DNA from: an uncultured Candidatus Binatia bacterium
Lineage (GTDB): Bacteria > Desulfobacterota > Binatia > UBA9968 > JAJDTQ01
NCBI GenBank assembly: GCA_965242525.1
Contig: OZ251459.1
Location: 1,120,001 to 1,184,000 of the forward strand
Direction of reading: 5' to 3'
Length of the DNA: 64,000 bases
Shown: piece after piece, positions 37,236 to 46,775 of the stretch
Layout: each line of letters opens with the position of its first letter
Numbering within the stretch: the first letter of the stretch is position 1
Made by a program: the position numbers and the translations under genes
The notes under the pieces: model-generated
Told to the model about the DNA's origin: nothing
The model's input: only the letters and a program-made list of their open reading frames with translations
The model's database searches: none

Positions 37236-37836
37236 CCTCCTCGGAGGAGGCCACCACGCCGAAGTGGCGGCGGGTGTTCTCCAGGGTGGCTTCGTGGAGC
37301 GCGGGGTCGGAAGTGGCCATGCAGTCGTCCACCATGGTCACGTAGTAGTCCATCATGAAGGCGTCCCGGGCGGTGCTTTCCACGCATACGTTGGTGGCCA
37401 CGCCGGTCATGAGCACGCTCTCGACCCCTTTGGCCTTGAGTATGGTGTCGAGGTCGGTGTTGATGAAGGCGCTGTAGCGGTGCTTGACCACCACTCGTTC
37501 GTCCGCCCGGGGCTCGATGCCCTCGAAGAAATCCGCGCCCCAGGACCCCTCACGGCAGGTGTCGAGGTCGATGCCGCTGGGTTTGCGGTAGAGCCAGGAC
37601 GGGGTGTCGGTCCACTCGCTGTGGATGGTCTGGATGTAGATGACCGGCAGGCCCACTTCCCGCGCTTCGCCGATGAGCTCGAGCAGCCGGGGCACCATAC
37701 GGAGCCCCGACGCGACGTCCGCGCCGCGTTTGGCCAGGGCCCCTTCCGGACTACAGAAGTCGTTCTGCACGTCCACCACGATGAGGGCCGCCAGGGAAGG
37801 GGCGCAACGTTCTTCGAGACTCCTCAAGACGCTCAT
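37180..37836 (-). CDS. Cysteine hydrolase (isochorismatase family, RutB-like)
   Basis: VVDVQNDFC, VKHRYSAF, GVATNVCVESTARDA. Confidence 0.93.
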   Translation of the reverse strand: MSVLRSLEERCAPSLAALIVVDVQNDFCSPEGALAKRGADVASGLRMVPRLLELIGEAREVGLPVIYIQTIHSEWTDTPSWLYRKPSGIDLDTCREGSWGADFFEGIEPRADERVVVKHRYSAFINTDLDTILKAKGVESVLMTGVATNVCVESTARDAFMMDYYVTMVDDCMATSDPALHEATLENTRRHFGVVASSEEVMETWRGLERRKKAPPGF

Positions 37837-37910
37837 CCTTGCCTCCTTCGTCCGCTTCGGAACGCGGACGCTTCGTCAGCCGGGCAGTCTCTTACACGGT
37901 GGGCCGATTG

Positions 37911-39143
37911 TCAATACGCGCAGACCTCCGGGCGTTGCTCGATGTATTCGAGCAGGGCCTCTGCGGCCCATTGGTGGCCGGCGGGGTTCCAGTGGCCGTC
38001 GTGGGGCCATTGGGCGTCCGTGAGCGCGGCGCCCCGGCGAAGGATGTAGTCGGCCTGGTCGATGACGGGAATGTCCAGGGTTGCGGCCATTTGGCTCGTT
38101 CGCTCGAACACGCGGGTTCCGTGGGTCTTCAATTCGTGCGTCGCCAGGATGACCAGCGCGGCGCCGTCCCGGTCGGCGCGCTGCTTGAACTGCTCCAGCG
38201 CGAAGCGGGTGTATTCCAGCGCCTCCTCGAAAAGGGGAGGCAGGTCCCGGCGAGCGAAGACTCGCACCATGTCGCGCCGGGTGGTGGGCCGCCATCCTTC
38301 GAGCAGCGCGGCATGGCCGGGCTGCCGCATCAGGGTTTCCCCGTCCCGGATGAGTCGGTGGTCCCGTTCGGGAGGAAACAGGGCTTTCTTCTTGGCCTGC
38401 AACCAGAGGGCGAGCCACGAACGTTCCACCGATTGCCCCTCTGTGCGGACGGCCCACGAAGCCCGGGTCGGAGAAACGGATGGAAGCAGGTCCCGGGGGA
38501 GGAGCCATGCCACTTCCAATTCCCCGTCCGAGCGCCTTCTCACCGTGGGCTCCAAACGATGTCTCTGGCCCCATTTGCCCAATTGCACCACCCTCAGAAG
38601 CGGCGCGTTGTTGATGAAATCATTGGTAACGAAGACCAGCACGAGCAGTTCGGGACGGAGCCGCCGGGCATATTCGTCGTAGAACGGCAGTTGCTGGACT
38701 TGGCCGGTGTTTCCCATCCCGAAGGCCGAAGTCGTGACGTCCGGGCGGGGCAACCGGCCGGCGGCGAGTTCTTCGAGACGGACATGGAGCTTGCGGTGGA
38801 TGGGGACTTGCAGGGCCTCCACGAAGGAGTCGCCGATGATGGATATATGGCAGGTTGCCGCGGCGCGTTCGGGGCTCGGGGGCTCACGGTCGAGGAAGCC
38901 CAGGCTGTTGGCGCGGGAGACGTTCCAGTAGTCGAGTCCGTTGGTATGGCGTATCTCCGTGTTCGGCCGCCTGAGATGGCCGACGTCGGGGACGAACTCC
39001 AGGGGCAGGAACGACCGCATGAACGGCGCGGTCAGCCGGAAGTACGCCTCGCCGGCCAACGCCGCCAGCGCGACGCCCGCGGCCAACAGAAGCGCGTTCC
39101 AGCCGAGCAAGCGCATGGCGCCGCGGCGCCGGCGTCCGCTCAT
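37911..39143 (-). CDS. Membrane-anchored SGNH/GDSL hydrolase (AlgX/AlgJ-like fold)
   Basis: N-terminal TM; NSLGFLD, IGDSFVEA, G.G, TNDF, DGHWNPAGH. Confidence 0.88.
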   Translation of the reverse strand: MSGRRRRGAMRLLGWNALLLAAGVALAALAGEAYFRLTAPFMRSFLPLEFVPDVGHLRRPNTEIRHTNGLDYWNVSRANSLGFLDREPPSPERAAATCHISIIGDSFVEALQVPIHRKLHVRLEELAAGRLPRPDVTTSAFGMGNTGQVQQLPFYDEYARRLRPELLVLVFVTNDFINNAPLLRVVQLGKWGQRHRLEPTVRRRSDGELEVAWLLPRDLLPSVSPTRASWAVRTEGQSVERSWLALWLQAKKKALFPPERDHRLIRDGETLMRQPGHAALLEGWRPTTRRDMVRVFARRDLPPLFEEALEYTRFALEQFKQRADRDGAALVILATHELKTHGTRVFERTSQMAATLDIPVIDQADYILRRGAALTDAQWPHDGHWNPAGHQWAAEALLEYIEQRPEVCAY

Positions 39144-39200
39144 CGTTTCCCCCATCTCGCAGTAGAGTTATCCGATGGGAGACCGGATTCCAACCCGTCT

Positions 39201-39299
39201 TCATCCTCGTTCGGTGTTGGACGCACCTTCGTCAGTGTCGTCCAATGCATGGCCGTCGGCAAAGGACTCGCGTCGAGTAGTCACGAACCGCGTCAGCAT
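39201..39299 (-). pseudogene. Truncated 5' fragment (first 18 codons) of the 42471-44468 hydrolase gene
   Basis: Translates MLTRFVTTRRESFADGHA, identical to the intact gene, then LDDTDEGASNTERG-stop. Confidence 0.85.
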
Positions 39300-39349
39300 G
39301 GGGCGCCTCCGGCAGCCGAATGAGTGGGACCGTTGGGAAGACGCCCAGC

Positions 39350-39379
39350 TTGACCGCTCCGCTGTCATCATTCTATTCT
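39350..39379 (+). promoter_or_regulatory. Putative sigma70 promoter for paralog B
   Basis: TTGACC-18 nt-TATTCT. Confidence 0.5.
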
Positions 39380-39392
39380 ACGATCCTTGGCC

Positions 39393-41483
39393 ATGCCGCG
39401 AACGTCGATCTTTGGAAGAAGGAGATCCTTTCCCCCCGGCCGGGAGCGGCCTGAACGCTTCACCCTGCTGTTGCTGCTGATCGCGCTATCCGCGTTGTTC
39501 CTGTGCAGCGTGGACAAGGGATACTTCTACCGTCCCTTCAAGCATAGGTGGACTTCCGTGCAGGATTTGACGATAGCCGATAACCTGTCGCCGGATCACA
39601 ATTTCCGGCTGTTCCGGTGGCTGGAAACGGGACCGGGACCGGGCCGCGCCCCCACCTACCAGATCCACAGCCGCTTTCCCGTGGGCGGTTACGCGCTCAT
39701 CAAACTCGCCATCCTCCCCTTCGGAAACGACCTGTCCGCCAAGATCCTCGCCGCCCGGATGCTGATGTTGCTGTTGTTCAGCGGTGCTGCGCTCCTGGCC
39801 TTCCACTCCCTCGCCCGGATCGCCTCCCACCGATGGGCGGCGCTGGCCGCCACCCTCGCGGCCTTCTCCTCCTACTACATGCTGTTCTACGGCAACGCGG
39901 TTTCCGTGGAGCACAGCGTGGGCCTGTTCGCGGTCATGCTGGCCTTCCACGGCATGGTGGTGTTCGTGCAGGAGGGACGGTTCCGGCAGTTGCTGGCCAA
40001 GACCTTCGTTGCGCTGCTGCTGGACTGGCACGTGTATGCGTTCCTGCTGCCGTTCATCCTCCTGGGCCTATGGAGTGGGGCTGTCCGGGCGTGGAAGGAC
40101 GGGACTGCTGTGCGGCTGCGCTCTGCCGGGGCGGCGGTGCTGCACAGCCGCTACATGGCGCTTGGCTTGGCCTCGCTGCTCTTCGGCGCGGCCGTCCTGG
40201 GCTTCAACTTCGCCAACGAGTACGCTGCCTTGGGAGGCCGGACGGCAGTGACCGAACTGCCGTCGTTCGAGTCCATGCTCAGGCGGACCGGACTGAAGAA
40301 CCGAATCCTCGAAGACCATGATTGGTGGCTGCCCTTCCTGCAACAGCAGTTCTACCGTGTCTGCGGGGCATCCGTTCCATCGGTGCTGACCGACTGGGGA
40401 GCCGGTTTGCAGGGGTGGTTCCCCTCGGTTCCCTCTTCGGCGTCAGGCTTTTCGCCGCCCGACCTTTCGGCGCCGAAGTTATCGGTTTACCTCCTGTTGT
40501 TGCTGATGGCGGTGCTCGCCCCCACGGTCATGGTTCGGCTTGCGAGGTCGCTGTTGCCAGGGCGGTCCCGTATGCTGCTGGCCACCCTTGCCCTGTCCGG
40601 GTTCTTCTGGGCCCTTCCCATGCGCCACCACGTTGCCTCCCACCTTCAGGAGGCCCTGTACTACGTGGGCGTCCCGCTGGTGTTCTACTCACTGCTCCTG
40701 CTGTACGTCCGCAGGCGCTGGGGGCGTGGACCGGTAGTCGGCCTTGCGGTTGCGGCCCTGCTCGCCTTCGTGGTCTCCCTCTTCCAGATGGAGCGGCGAT
40801 GGCGCCCTGACGCCCGGGGGGCCGAGATCCAACGAACCGTCATGGCCGAACTCGGGGCCATCCGCGAAACCACCCGGGGAAAGGCAGTCCTGGTCCTCGG
40901 GTCCGTCGAGCCGGAATGGTCCTGGCAGGTCATGGAGGAGTCCCGTCCATGGCGGTACTATCTCGCCGGAAGCGTCCTGGCGCAGTCCCCTGCCATGGAA
41001 GTGGCCGCCCGCGCCGCGGACTTCATCGTCGCCCTCGACCGCGTGGAGAGCGACGCCCTGCTCACACCCGGTAACCAACGGGTGTTCCTGTATGGTTCCG
41101 CGGGTATCGACGACTTGGCGGGATTGTACCGGGCCACGTACCAACGGGTGGTGTCCGGAGAACCTGCGGCGCGCTCCCACTTCGACGTCTATCTCGGCGA
41201 CCGCGCGCTGTTCCATGTCAAGGAGCCCTGCGTCTCGAAGGATATGGGAGTATGGAGCATAGCGAAGTTCGTCCCGGAAGATCCCAGGGACCTGCCCAAA
41301 AGGCGCAGGCAGCGCCGCGCGACTCTTCGCATCCCCTCCCAGCAAAGCAACACGCTGTTCGAGGGGAAGTGCATCGCCATCTTTTCACTCCCCGATTACC
41401 CCGTCTCCAGCATCCTGACGGGACGATTGCACGCAAGCGAAGGCGCCCGTAGCTGGAGGGTAAAGATACCGGCGAGCCGGTAG
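39393..41483 (+). CDS. Polytopic membrane protein, GT-C-like, with two-Cys C-terminal domain (paralog B)
   Basis: Collinear with paralogs A and C (SRFPVGGYALIKL, FHGMVVFVQEGRF, WALPMR, SHFDVYL...PC...GKC). Confidence 0.82.
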   Translation: MPRTSIFGRRRSFPPGRERPERFTLLLLLIALSALFLCSVDKGYFYRPFKHRWTSVQDLTIADNLSPDHNFRLFRWLETGPGPGRAPTYQIHSRFPVGGYALIKLAILPFGNDLSAKILAARMLMLLLFSGAALLAFHSLARIASHRWAALAATLAAFSSYYMLFYGNAVSVEHSVGLFAVMLAFHGMVVFVQEGRFRQLLAKTFVALLLDWHVYAFLLPFILLGLWSGAVRAWKDGTAVRLRSAGAAVLHSRYMALGLASLLFGAAVLGFNFANEYAALGGRTAVTELPSFESMLRRTGLKNRILEDHDWWLPFLQQQFYRVCGASVPSVLTDWGAGLQGWFPSVPSSASGFSPPDLSAPKLSVYLLLLLMAVLAPTVMVRLARSLLPGRSRMLLATLALSGFFWALPMRHHVASHLQEALYYVGVPLVFYSLLLLYVRRRWGRGPVVGLAVAALLAFVVSLFQMERRWRPDARGAEIQRTVMAELGAIRETTRGKAVLVLGSVEPEWSWQVMEESRPWRYYLAGSVLAQSPAMEVAARAADFIVALDRVESDALLTPGNQRVFLYGSAGIDDLAGLYRATYQRVVSGEPAARSHFDVYLGDRALFHVKEPCVSKDMGVWSIAKFVPEDPRDLPKRRRQRRATLRIPSQQSNTLFEGKCIAIFSLPDYPVSSILTGRLHASEGARSWRVKIPASR

Positions 41484-41534
41484 TCGCCGCCGGACGAAGC
41501 CATCGACGCTCTCGGCGTCGGACGGTCCTTCCGC

Positions 41535-41564
41535 TTGACGGCCGCGGCCATCCGGGCGTAACTT
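41535..41564 (+). promoter_or_regulatory. Putative sigma70 promoter for the GST gene
   Basis: TTGACG-18 nt-TAACTT. Confidence 0.5.
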
Positions 41565-41616
41565 CCCGCTGGTCCCGGGGACTCCCCCGGTCGGGACGGA
41601 AACGGAAGGAGGCGCC

Positions 41617-42240
41617 ATGATCGATCTGTACACCTGGAGGACTCCCAACGGCCGGAAGGTCTCCGTCATGCTGGAGGAGGTGGAGCTGCCCTACGCCGCC
41701 CATCCCGTCAACATCGGCAAGGACGAGCAGTTCGCTCCCGACTTCCTCGCCATCAGCCCCAACAACAAGATACCGGCCATCGTGGACCGGGACGGACCCG
41801 GCGGCGGCCCCTACAGCGTGTTCGAGTCCGGGGCCATCCTGCTGTACCTGTCGGAGAAGGCCGGCGGCCGGTTCCTGCCCCGGGACGCCCGGCCGCGCCA
41901 CGACGTCATGCAGTGGCTGATGTTCCAGATGGGCGGCGTGGGACCCATGTTCGGCCAAGCCCACCACTTCCTCCGCGCCGGGGAGGTGGTCCCCTACGCC
42001 ATCGAGCGGTACAAGAACGAAGCCCGGCGCCTCTACGGGGTGATGGAGAAGCGCCTGTCCGCGCATGAGTACCTTGCCGGCGAATACTCGGTGGCGGACA
42101 TCGCCACCTACCCCTGGGTGGGGCGGCACGAGATGCACCAAGTTGACTTGGCCAACTTCCCCCAGGTGAAGCGGTGGTTCGACGCCATCAGCGCCCGGCC
42201 TGCGGTCCAACGCGGCATGAAGGTGCCGGCCGACGCGTGA
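41617..42240 (+). CDS. yfcG: Nu-class glutathione S-transferase / disulfide oxidoreductase (YfcG-like)
   Basis: MIDLYTWRTPNGRK, SPNNKIPAIVD, FESGAIL, QWLMFQMGGVGPMFGQ, YSVADIA. Confidence 0.92.
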   Translation: MIDLYTWRTPNGRKVSVMLEEVELPYAAHPVNIGKDEQFAPDFLAISPNNKIPAIVDRDGPGGGPYSVFESGAILLYLSEKAGGRFLPRDARPRHDVMQWLMFQMGGVGPMFGQAHHFLRAGEVVPYAIERYKNEARRLYGVMEKRLSAHEYLAGEYSVADIATYPWVGRHEMHQVDLANFPQVKRWFDAISARPAVQRGMKVPADA

Positions 42241-42368
42241 CCCCTGCGGACGCGGGGCGGTTCCGGCCGCGTTTGACAAGCCGCTTCCGGTCGTGCCAGA
42301 AAGCTCCCCAGGCGGCTTCCGCGCGGGTCCGCGGACGGACTGCGGAACGCCGCGGGACTTTCCCATAC

Positions 42369-42442
42369 GCCCCCGTAGCTCAGCAGGATAGAGCACAGGA
42401 TTCCTAATCCTGGTGTCGTGAGTTCGAGTCTCGCCGGGGGCA
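42369..42442 (+). tRNA. tRNA-Arg(CCT)
   Basis: GCCCCCGTAGCTCAG...CAGGA-TT-CCT-AA-TCCTG...GTTCGAGTC...CGGGGGCA; CCA not encoded. Confidence 0.96.
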
Positions 42443-42470
42443 TTTCCCTTCGAGCGCCGACCGCGCAGGT

Positions 42471-44468
42471 TCAGGGCGTCCCGCCGGGGACGGCGTCCAG
42501 GAACGCGCGCCGGCAGTCCGCCGCCAGCGCGTCCGCGTCCTCGGCGAGCACGAAGCCGGCCTCCACCAAGGCCCCGGTCTCCCGGCGCACCCTTTCCAGG
42601 TAGTCCTCCAGGCTCCGGTACCGCTCGGCAAGGGACGGGCGCGGGTCGCCGCGGGCCTCGCGCTCGGCCCGGTTTCGGGAGAAGGGGAGGGAGGCGCCCA
42701 ACAGGCCGGCCAGCTCGCCTTCCGCGAGCTCTTCGGACTGGAGGTTCCATCCCGTAAGGGTGGCCAGGGGCACGGTGGTCCACGGAAGCCGGATGCCGGC
42801 CGCTTCGTTGCCGTCCGCGTCCACCGCGGGCGCCAGGACGACGTAGCCGCTGCCGTCCGGAGGCTCCTTCGGGCGGGCCGCAACCCTTCCCTCCGCGACT
42901 CCGTCGCCGTAGTCCAGGAAGAGCTGCCGGTTGTGGAGTCCGGTGAAGGCCACCCCCGGGATGGCCGGAAAACCCGTGAGCTCCGGCGCCGCCAGCGTCC
43001 CGTCCGCGACCCGGGGGACGGCGCTCGCCGGCGGGGCCGCGCCCTCGGTGGCCCAGCGGTCCATGGCCGCCAGGAGCGCGCGCAGCACCGGACCGATGCC
43101 GACGGGGTTGGTGGGGTGCTTCGTCTTCCGCATCCCGGCCCGGCTCCCGTACGGCGCGTTGTGCTGGGCGCCGGCGATGAGGTACATGCGCACCCCGTCG
43201 GGCAGGCGGACGTCGTTCCCTCGACCGTCCGTGTGGGCCAGCGCTCCCCGTTTCTGCCAGTACTCGGTGGAGGTCTGGGTGTGGACCACCAGCGGGTCGG
43301 TGGCGGGCCGCCTGAGTATGCCGTCGCGCCGCCCGGTCTGGGGGTCCTCCAGCATGTCGTAGGCGAAAGGGAACAGCTCCGGCTCCCACTGGTTCGTATG
43401 CTGCTGGCACGAGGTGGCGGGGCGGGCGAACTCGTAGTTGAGGAAGGTCCGCCCGCCTCCCGCGGCGTGGGGGGACACCGCGTCGAACACGCGCCGGCCG
43501 CCCTCGTCCTCGTTGAATCCGTGATACACCAGGTCCCGCAGGAACCGGCCGCTCTGGGAACGGCCCCAGGCGTAGGCTTTCTCGATAACCGCGTCCGAGA
43601 CGGACAGCGGATTCGCAGCGCCGACGCCGTCTTCCGTTTCATATCGCAGGAAGGACACGAGGCCCCGGACCGCGGCGAACCCCAACCCCAGGACCAGCGG
43701 GTCCCGGGCCGTGTAAACCAGTTCGTAGAGGGCGCCCGGGACGAACCCTCCGGCAACGTGGAGGTGGGACGAGCTCGGAACCGGGACGCGGCGCCCGGTG
43801 GTCTCGTCCACCGCGTCCTCGGCGAACTCCCATTGCGCGGGCGGGACCGCCCGGCGAGGACCGTAGGAGCGCATGCGCACCGTCAGTTCCGCGTCCGAGG
43901 CGTCCGGATCCGCCGCGGGGTAGCTGCGGACCCGCGGGTCCCCGCTCAACGGCCAGGAGCGGACCCCCGGACGGGTGACGCAGATCTCGGTGCGCACCCG
44001 CCGTCGTATGGGCCGACCCCCGTCCGCGGCCGCCGGCGCCGTCAACGTCATCCGGCGGCCGCCCGGAACCAGGTCCCCCTGCCAACCCGAAGTGACCCAG
44101 GTGTAGCCCTGCCGCATCAGGAAACCGTTGCCGGCGTGCTCCAGGGCCACCGGGTCATTGCACTCGGGCGCGTCGTTGAGGAACATCAGGGCGCGCTTGC
44201 TGCCCCGGTTGGGGGCCTCGTAGAGCAGCCGCCGGTTGCCCTGGGAGAGGTCCCGCGGCTTCAGCAGGTGGACGTCGCAGCGGTATTCCACCGCGCCGCG
44301 GCGGTTCCGGGGCGCGCGGCCGAGGTTGACGAGACCCGCGTGCAGCGGGTGGTCCGGCGACGCCTCGCCGTGGACCGTCCCGGCCAGGACCTCGTAAGGT
44401 CCGACGGAACCGAACGCATGGCCATCGGCAAAGGACTCGCGTCGGGTGGTCACGAACCGCGTCAGCAT
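42471..44468 (-). CDS. Large alpha/beta hydrolase domain protein (tannase-like/Abhydrolase_10-type)
   Basis: FGSVGPYE, YEAPNRG, SGWQGD, GRSQSGRFLR, STEYW, GAQH, DADGNE..GIRLP, DPRPSLAERY. Confidence 0.85.
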   Translation of the reverse strand: MLTRFVTTRRESFADGHAFGSVGPYEVLAGTVHGEASPDHPLHAGLVNLGRAPRNRRGAVEYRCDVHLLKPRDLSQGNRRLLYEAPNRGSKRALMFLNDAPECNDPVALEHAGNGFLMRQGYTWVTSGWQGDLVPGGRRMTLTAPAAADGGRPIRRRVRTEICVTRPGVRSWPLSGDPRVRSYPAADPDASDAELTVRMRSYGPRRAVPPAQWEFAEDAVDETTGRRVPVPSSSHLHVAGGFVPGALYELVYTARDPLVLGLGFAAVRGLVSFLRYETEDGVGAANPLSVSDAVIEKAYAWGRSQSGRFLRDLVYHGFNEDEGGRRVFDAVSPHAAGGGRTFLNYEFARPATSCQQHTNQWEPELFPFAYDMLEDPQTGRRDGILRRPATDPLVVHTQTSTEYWQKRGALAHTDGRGNDVRLPDGVRMYLIAGAQHNAPYGSRAGMRKTKHPTNPVGIGPVLRALLAAMDRWATEGAAPPASAVPRVADGTLAAPELTGFPAIPGVAFTGLHNRQLFLDYGDGVAEGRVAARPKEPPDGSGYVVLAPAVDADGNEAAGIRLPWTTVPLATLTGWNLQSEELAEGELAGLLGASLPFSRNRAEREARGDPRPSLAERYRSLEDYLERVRRETGALVEAGFVLAEDADALAADCRRAFLDAVPGGTP

Positions 44469-46653
44469 GGGGCGCCTCCGGCAGCCGAATGAGCGGGACT
44501 GTCGGGAAAGTGGACCCGGACTTGCCGATCCACTATTATCATTCCATGCATGATCCTGGCCATGCCGCAAACGTCGATCGTTGGAAGAGGGAGCCCCCCG
44601 GCCGGGAGCGGCCTGAACGCCTCACCCTGTTGTTGCTGCTGGTCGCGTTGTCCACGTTGTTCCTGTGCAGCGTGGACAAGGGATACTTCTACCGTCCCTT
44701 CCAGCATAACTGGGATACGGCGAAGAACCTGGCCATAGCCGAGAACCTGTCGCCCGACCACTCTTTCCGCTTGTTCCTGGCGCGGCGCCAAGGATCGGAC
44801 GGCGCCCCCGCCTACCAGATGTACAGCCGCTTTCCCGTGGGCGGTTACGCACTCATCAAACTCGCCATCCTCCCCTTCGGAAACGACCTGTCCGCAAAGA
44901 TCCTTGCGGCCCGAATGCTCATGTTGCTGTTGTTCAGCGCCGCTGCGCTCCTGGCCTTCCACTCCCTCGCCCGCATCATCTCCCGCCGCTGGGTCGCGCT
45001 GGCCGCCACCTTCATGGCGTTCTCCTCCTATTACATGCTGTTCTACGGCGACGCGGTTTCCAACGAGGTCAGCGTGGACCTGTTCGCGGTCATGCTGGTC
45101 TTCCACGGCATGGTGGTGTTCGTGCAGGAGGGACGGTTCCGGCAGTTGCTGGCCAAGACCTTCGTTGCGCTGCTGCTTGGGTGGCATGTGTACGCCTTCC
45201 TGCTGCCCTTCGTCATCCTGGGCCTGGCGCACGAGGCGGTCCGTGCGTGGAAGGACGGAACCGCGCCGCGGCTGCGCTCCACCGGGGCCGCGGTGCTGCG
45301 CAGCCGCTACACGGCCCTTGGCCTGGCCGCGCTGCTGTTCGGCGCGGCCGTCCTGAGCTTCAACATCGCCAACGAGTACGCCGCGTTCCGAGGCGAGAGG
45401 CCGGTAACCGAACTGCCGTCGTTCCAGTCCATGCTCGAGCGCACCGTAATAGCCAAAGACTGGTCGCCCATGGAGTGGCTGGGCTTCTTGCGGCAGCAGT
45501 TCTTTCGTGTCCATACGGCGTCCGTTCCGTTCATGCTCACCGACTGGGGATCCGATTTGCCCGGGTTGTCTCCTCCCCCTTACCCTTCGACGCCAAGCCT
45601 TTCGGGGCCGGAGTTGTCGGTTTACCTCCTGTTGTTGCTGATGGCGGTGGTTGCCGCCACGACCGTGGTTCGGCTTGCGAGGCCGCTGTTGACCCGGCGA
45701 CACCGCCTGCTGCTGGCCACCCTTGCCCTGTCCGGGTTCTTCTGGGCGCTGCCCATGCGCTACAATACCGTAGAACTGCGCCACAACCACGAAGCCATGT
45801 TCTACGTGGGCGTCCCGCTGGTGTTCTACTCACTGCTCCTGCTGTACGTCCACAGGCGCTGGGGGCGTGGCCCGGTAGTCGGCGTTGCCGTTGCAGCCCT
45901 GCTCGCCTTCGTGGTCTCCGCCTTCGAGATGGAACGACGGTGGCGCCCTGAGGCCCGGGGGGCCGAGGTCCAGCGAACCGCCATGGCCGAACTCGGGGCC
46001 ATCCGCGAGACCACCCGGGGAAAGGCGGTCCTGGTCCTCGGGTCCGTCGAGCCGGAATGGTCCTGGCAGGTCCTGGAGCAGGCCCACCCATGGAGATACT
46101 ATCTCGCCGGCAGAGTCCTGGCGGGGTCCCCTGACGTGGAAGCGGCCGCCCGCGCCGCGGACTTCATCGTCGCCCTCGACCGCGTGGAGAGCGACGCCCT
46201 GCTCACACCCGGGAACGAACGGGTGTTCCTGTACGATTCGGCAGGTATCGACGACCTGTTGGAGTTGTACCGGGCCACGTACCAACGGGTGGTGTCCGGA
46301 GAACCTGCGGTGCGCTCCCACTTCGACGTCTATCTCGGTGACCGTGCGCTGTTCCACGTCAAGGAGCCCTGCGTCTCGAAGGACGTGGGATTGAGGAGCA
46401 TAGCGAAGTTCGTCCCGGAAGACCCGAAGGACTTGCCCGAAAGGCGCAGGCGGCGCCGCGAGACCCTTCGCATCCCCTCCCAGCAAAGCACCATGCTGTT
46501 CGAGGGGAAGTGCATCGCCATCGTTTCACTCCCCGATTATCCCGTCTCCAGCATCCTGACGGGACGGTCGCACGCAAGCAAAGGCGCCCGCAACTGGAGG
46601 GTAAAGATACCGTCGAGCCGGTAGTCGCCGCCGGACGAGGCCATCGACGCTCT
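44416..46653 (+). repeat. ~2.24-kb direct segmental duplication, copy 2
   Basis: Aligns end to end with 39247-41512. Confidence 0.93.
44546..46624 (+). CDS. Polytopic membrane protein, GT-C-like, with two-Cys C-terminal domain (paralog C); start uncertain
   Basis: Collinear with paralogs A and B; HNHE loop; the ATG homologous to the start of B is out of frame here. Confidence 0.8.
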   Translation: MHDPGHAANVDRWKREPPGRERPERLTLLLLLVALSTLFLCSVDKGYFYRPFQHNWDTAKNLAIAENLSPDHSFRLFLARRQGSDGAPAYQMYSRFPVGGYALIKLAILPFGNDLSAKILAARMLMLLLFSAAALLAFHSLARIISRRWVALAATFMAFSSYYMLFYGDAVSNEVSVDLFAVMLVFHGMVVFVQEGRFRQLLAKTFVALLLGWHVYAFLLPFVILGLAHEAVRAWKDGTAPRLRSTGAAVLRSRYTALGLAALLFGAAVLSFNIANEYAAFRGERPVTELPSFQSMLERTVIAKDWSPMEWLGFLRQQFFRVHTASVPFMLTDWGSDLPGLSPPPYPSTPSLSGPELSVYLLLLLMAVVAATTVVRLARPLLTRRHRLLLATLALSGFFWALPMRYNTVELRHNHEAMFYVGVPLVFYSLLLLYVHRRWGRGPVVGVAVAALLAFVVSAFEMERRWRPEARGAEVQRTAMAELGAIRETTRGKAVLVLGSVEPEWSWQVLEQAHPWRYYLAGRVLAGSPDVEAAARAADFIVALDRVESDALLTPGNERVFLYDSAGIDDLLELYRATYQRVVSGEPAVRSHFDVYLGDRALFHVKEPCVSKDVGLRSIAKFVPEDPKDLPERRRRRRETLRIPSQQSTMLFEGKCIAIVSLPDYPVSSILTGRSHASKGARNWRVKIPSSR

Positions 46654-46775
46654 ACGGATTGGCTCCCGGGTGGAAGGGAAGCCCCCGGGGGCCGGTGGCG
46701 GAGACCGGAAGCGGCGTGCTATTCCTGCACGTCGGCAAGTCGAGAGCGAAGGAAGGAAACGGAGGGAGGCGAGCC

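Larger units (their letters stand above)
39247..41512 (+). repeat. ~2.26-kb direct segmental duplication, copy 1 (partner 44416-46653)
   Basis: Both copies begin gcatggcc(g/a)tcggcaaaggactcgcgtcg and end ccatcgacgctct; long near-identical tracts in between. Confidence 0.93.

Noticed and set aside
42369-42470. tRNA-anchored integrative element at either tRNA-Arg
   Set aside because: No duplicated tRNA 3' end and no integrase seen in the window
39393-46624. Diversity-generating retroelement explaining paralog variation
   Set aside because: No reverse transcriptase in the window; differences are not adenine-specific and are spread over the gene
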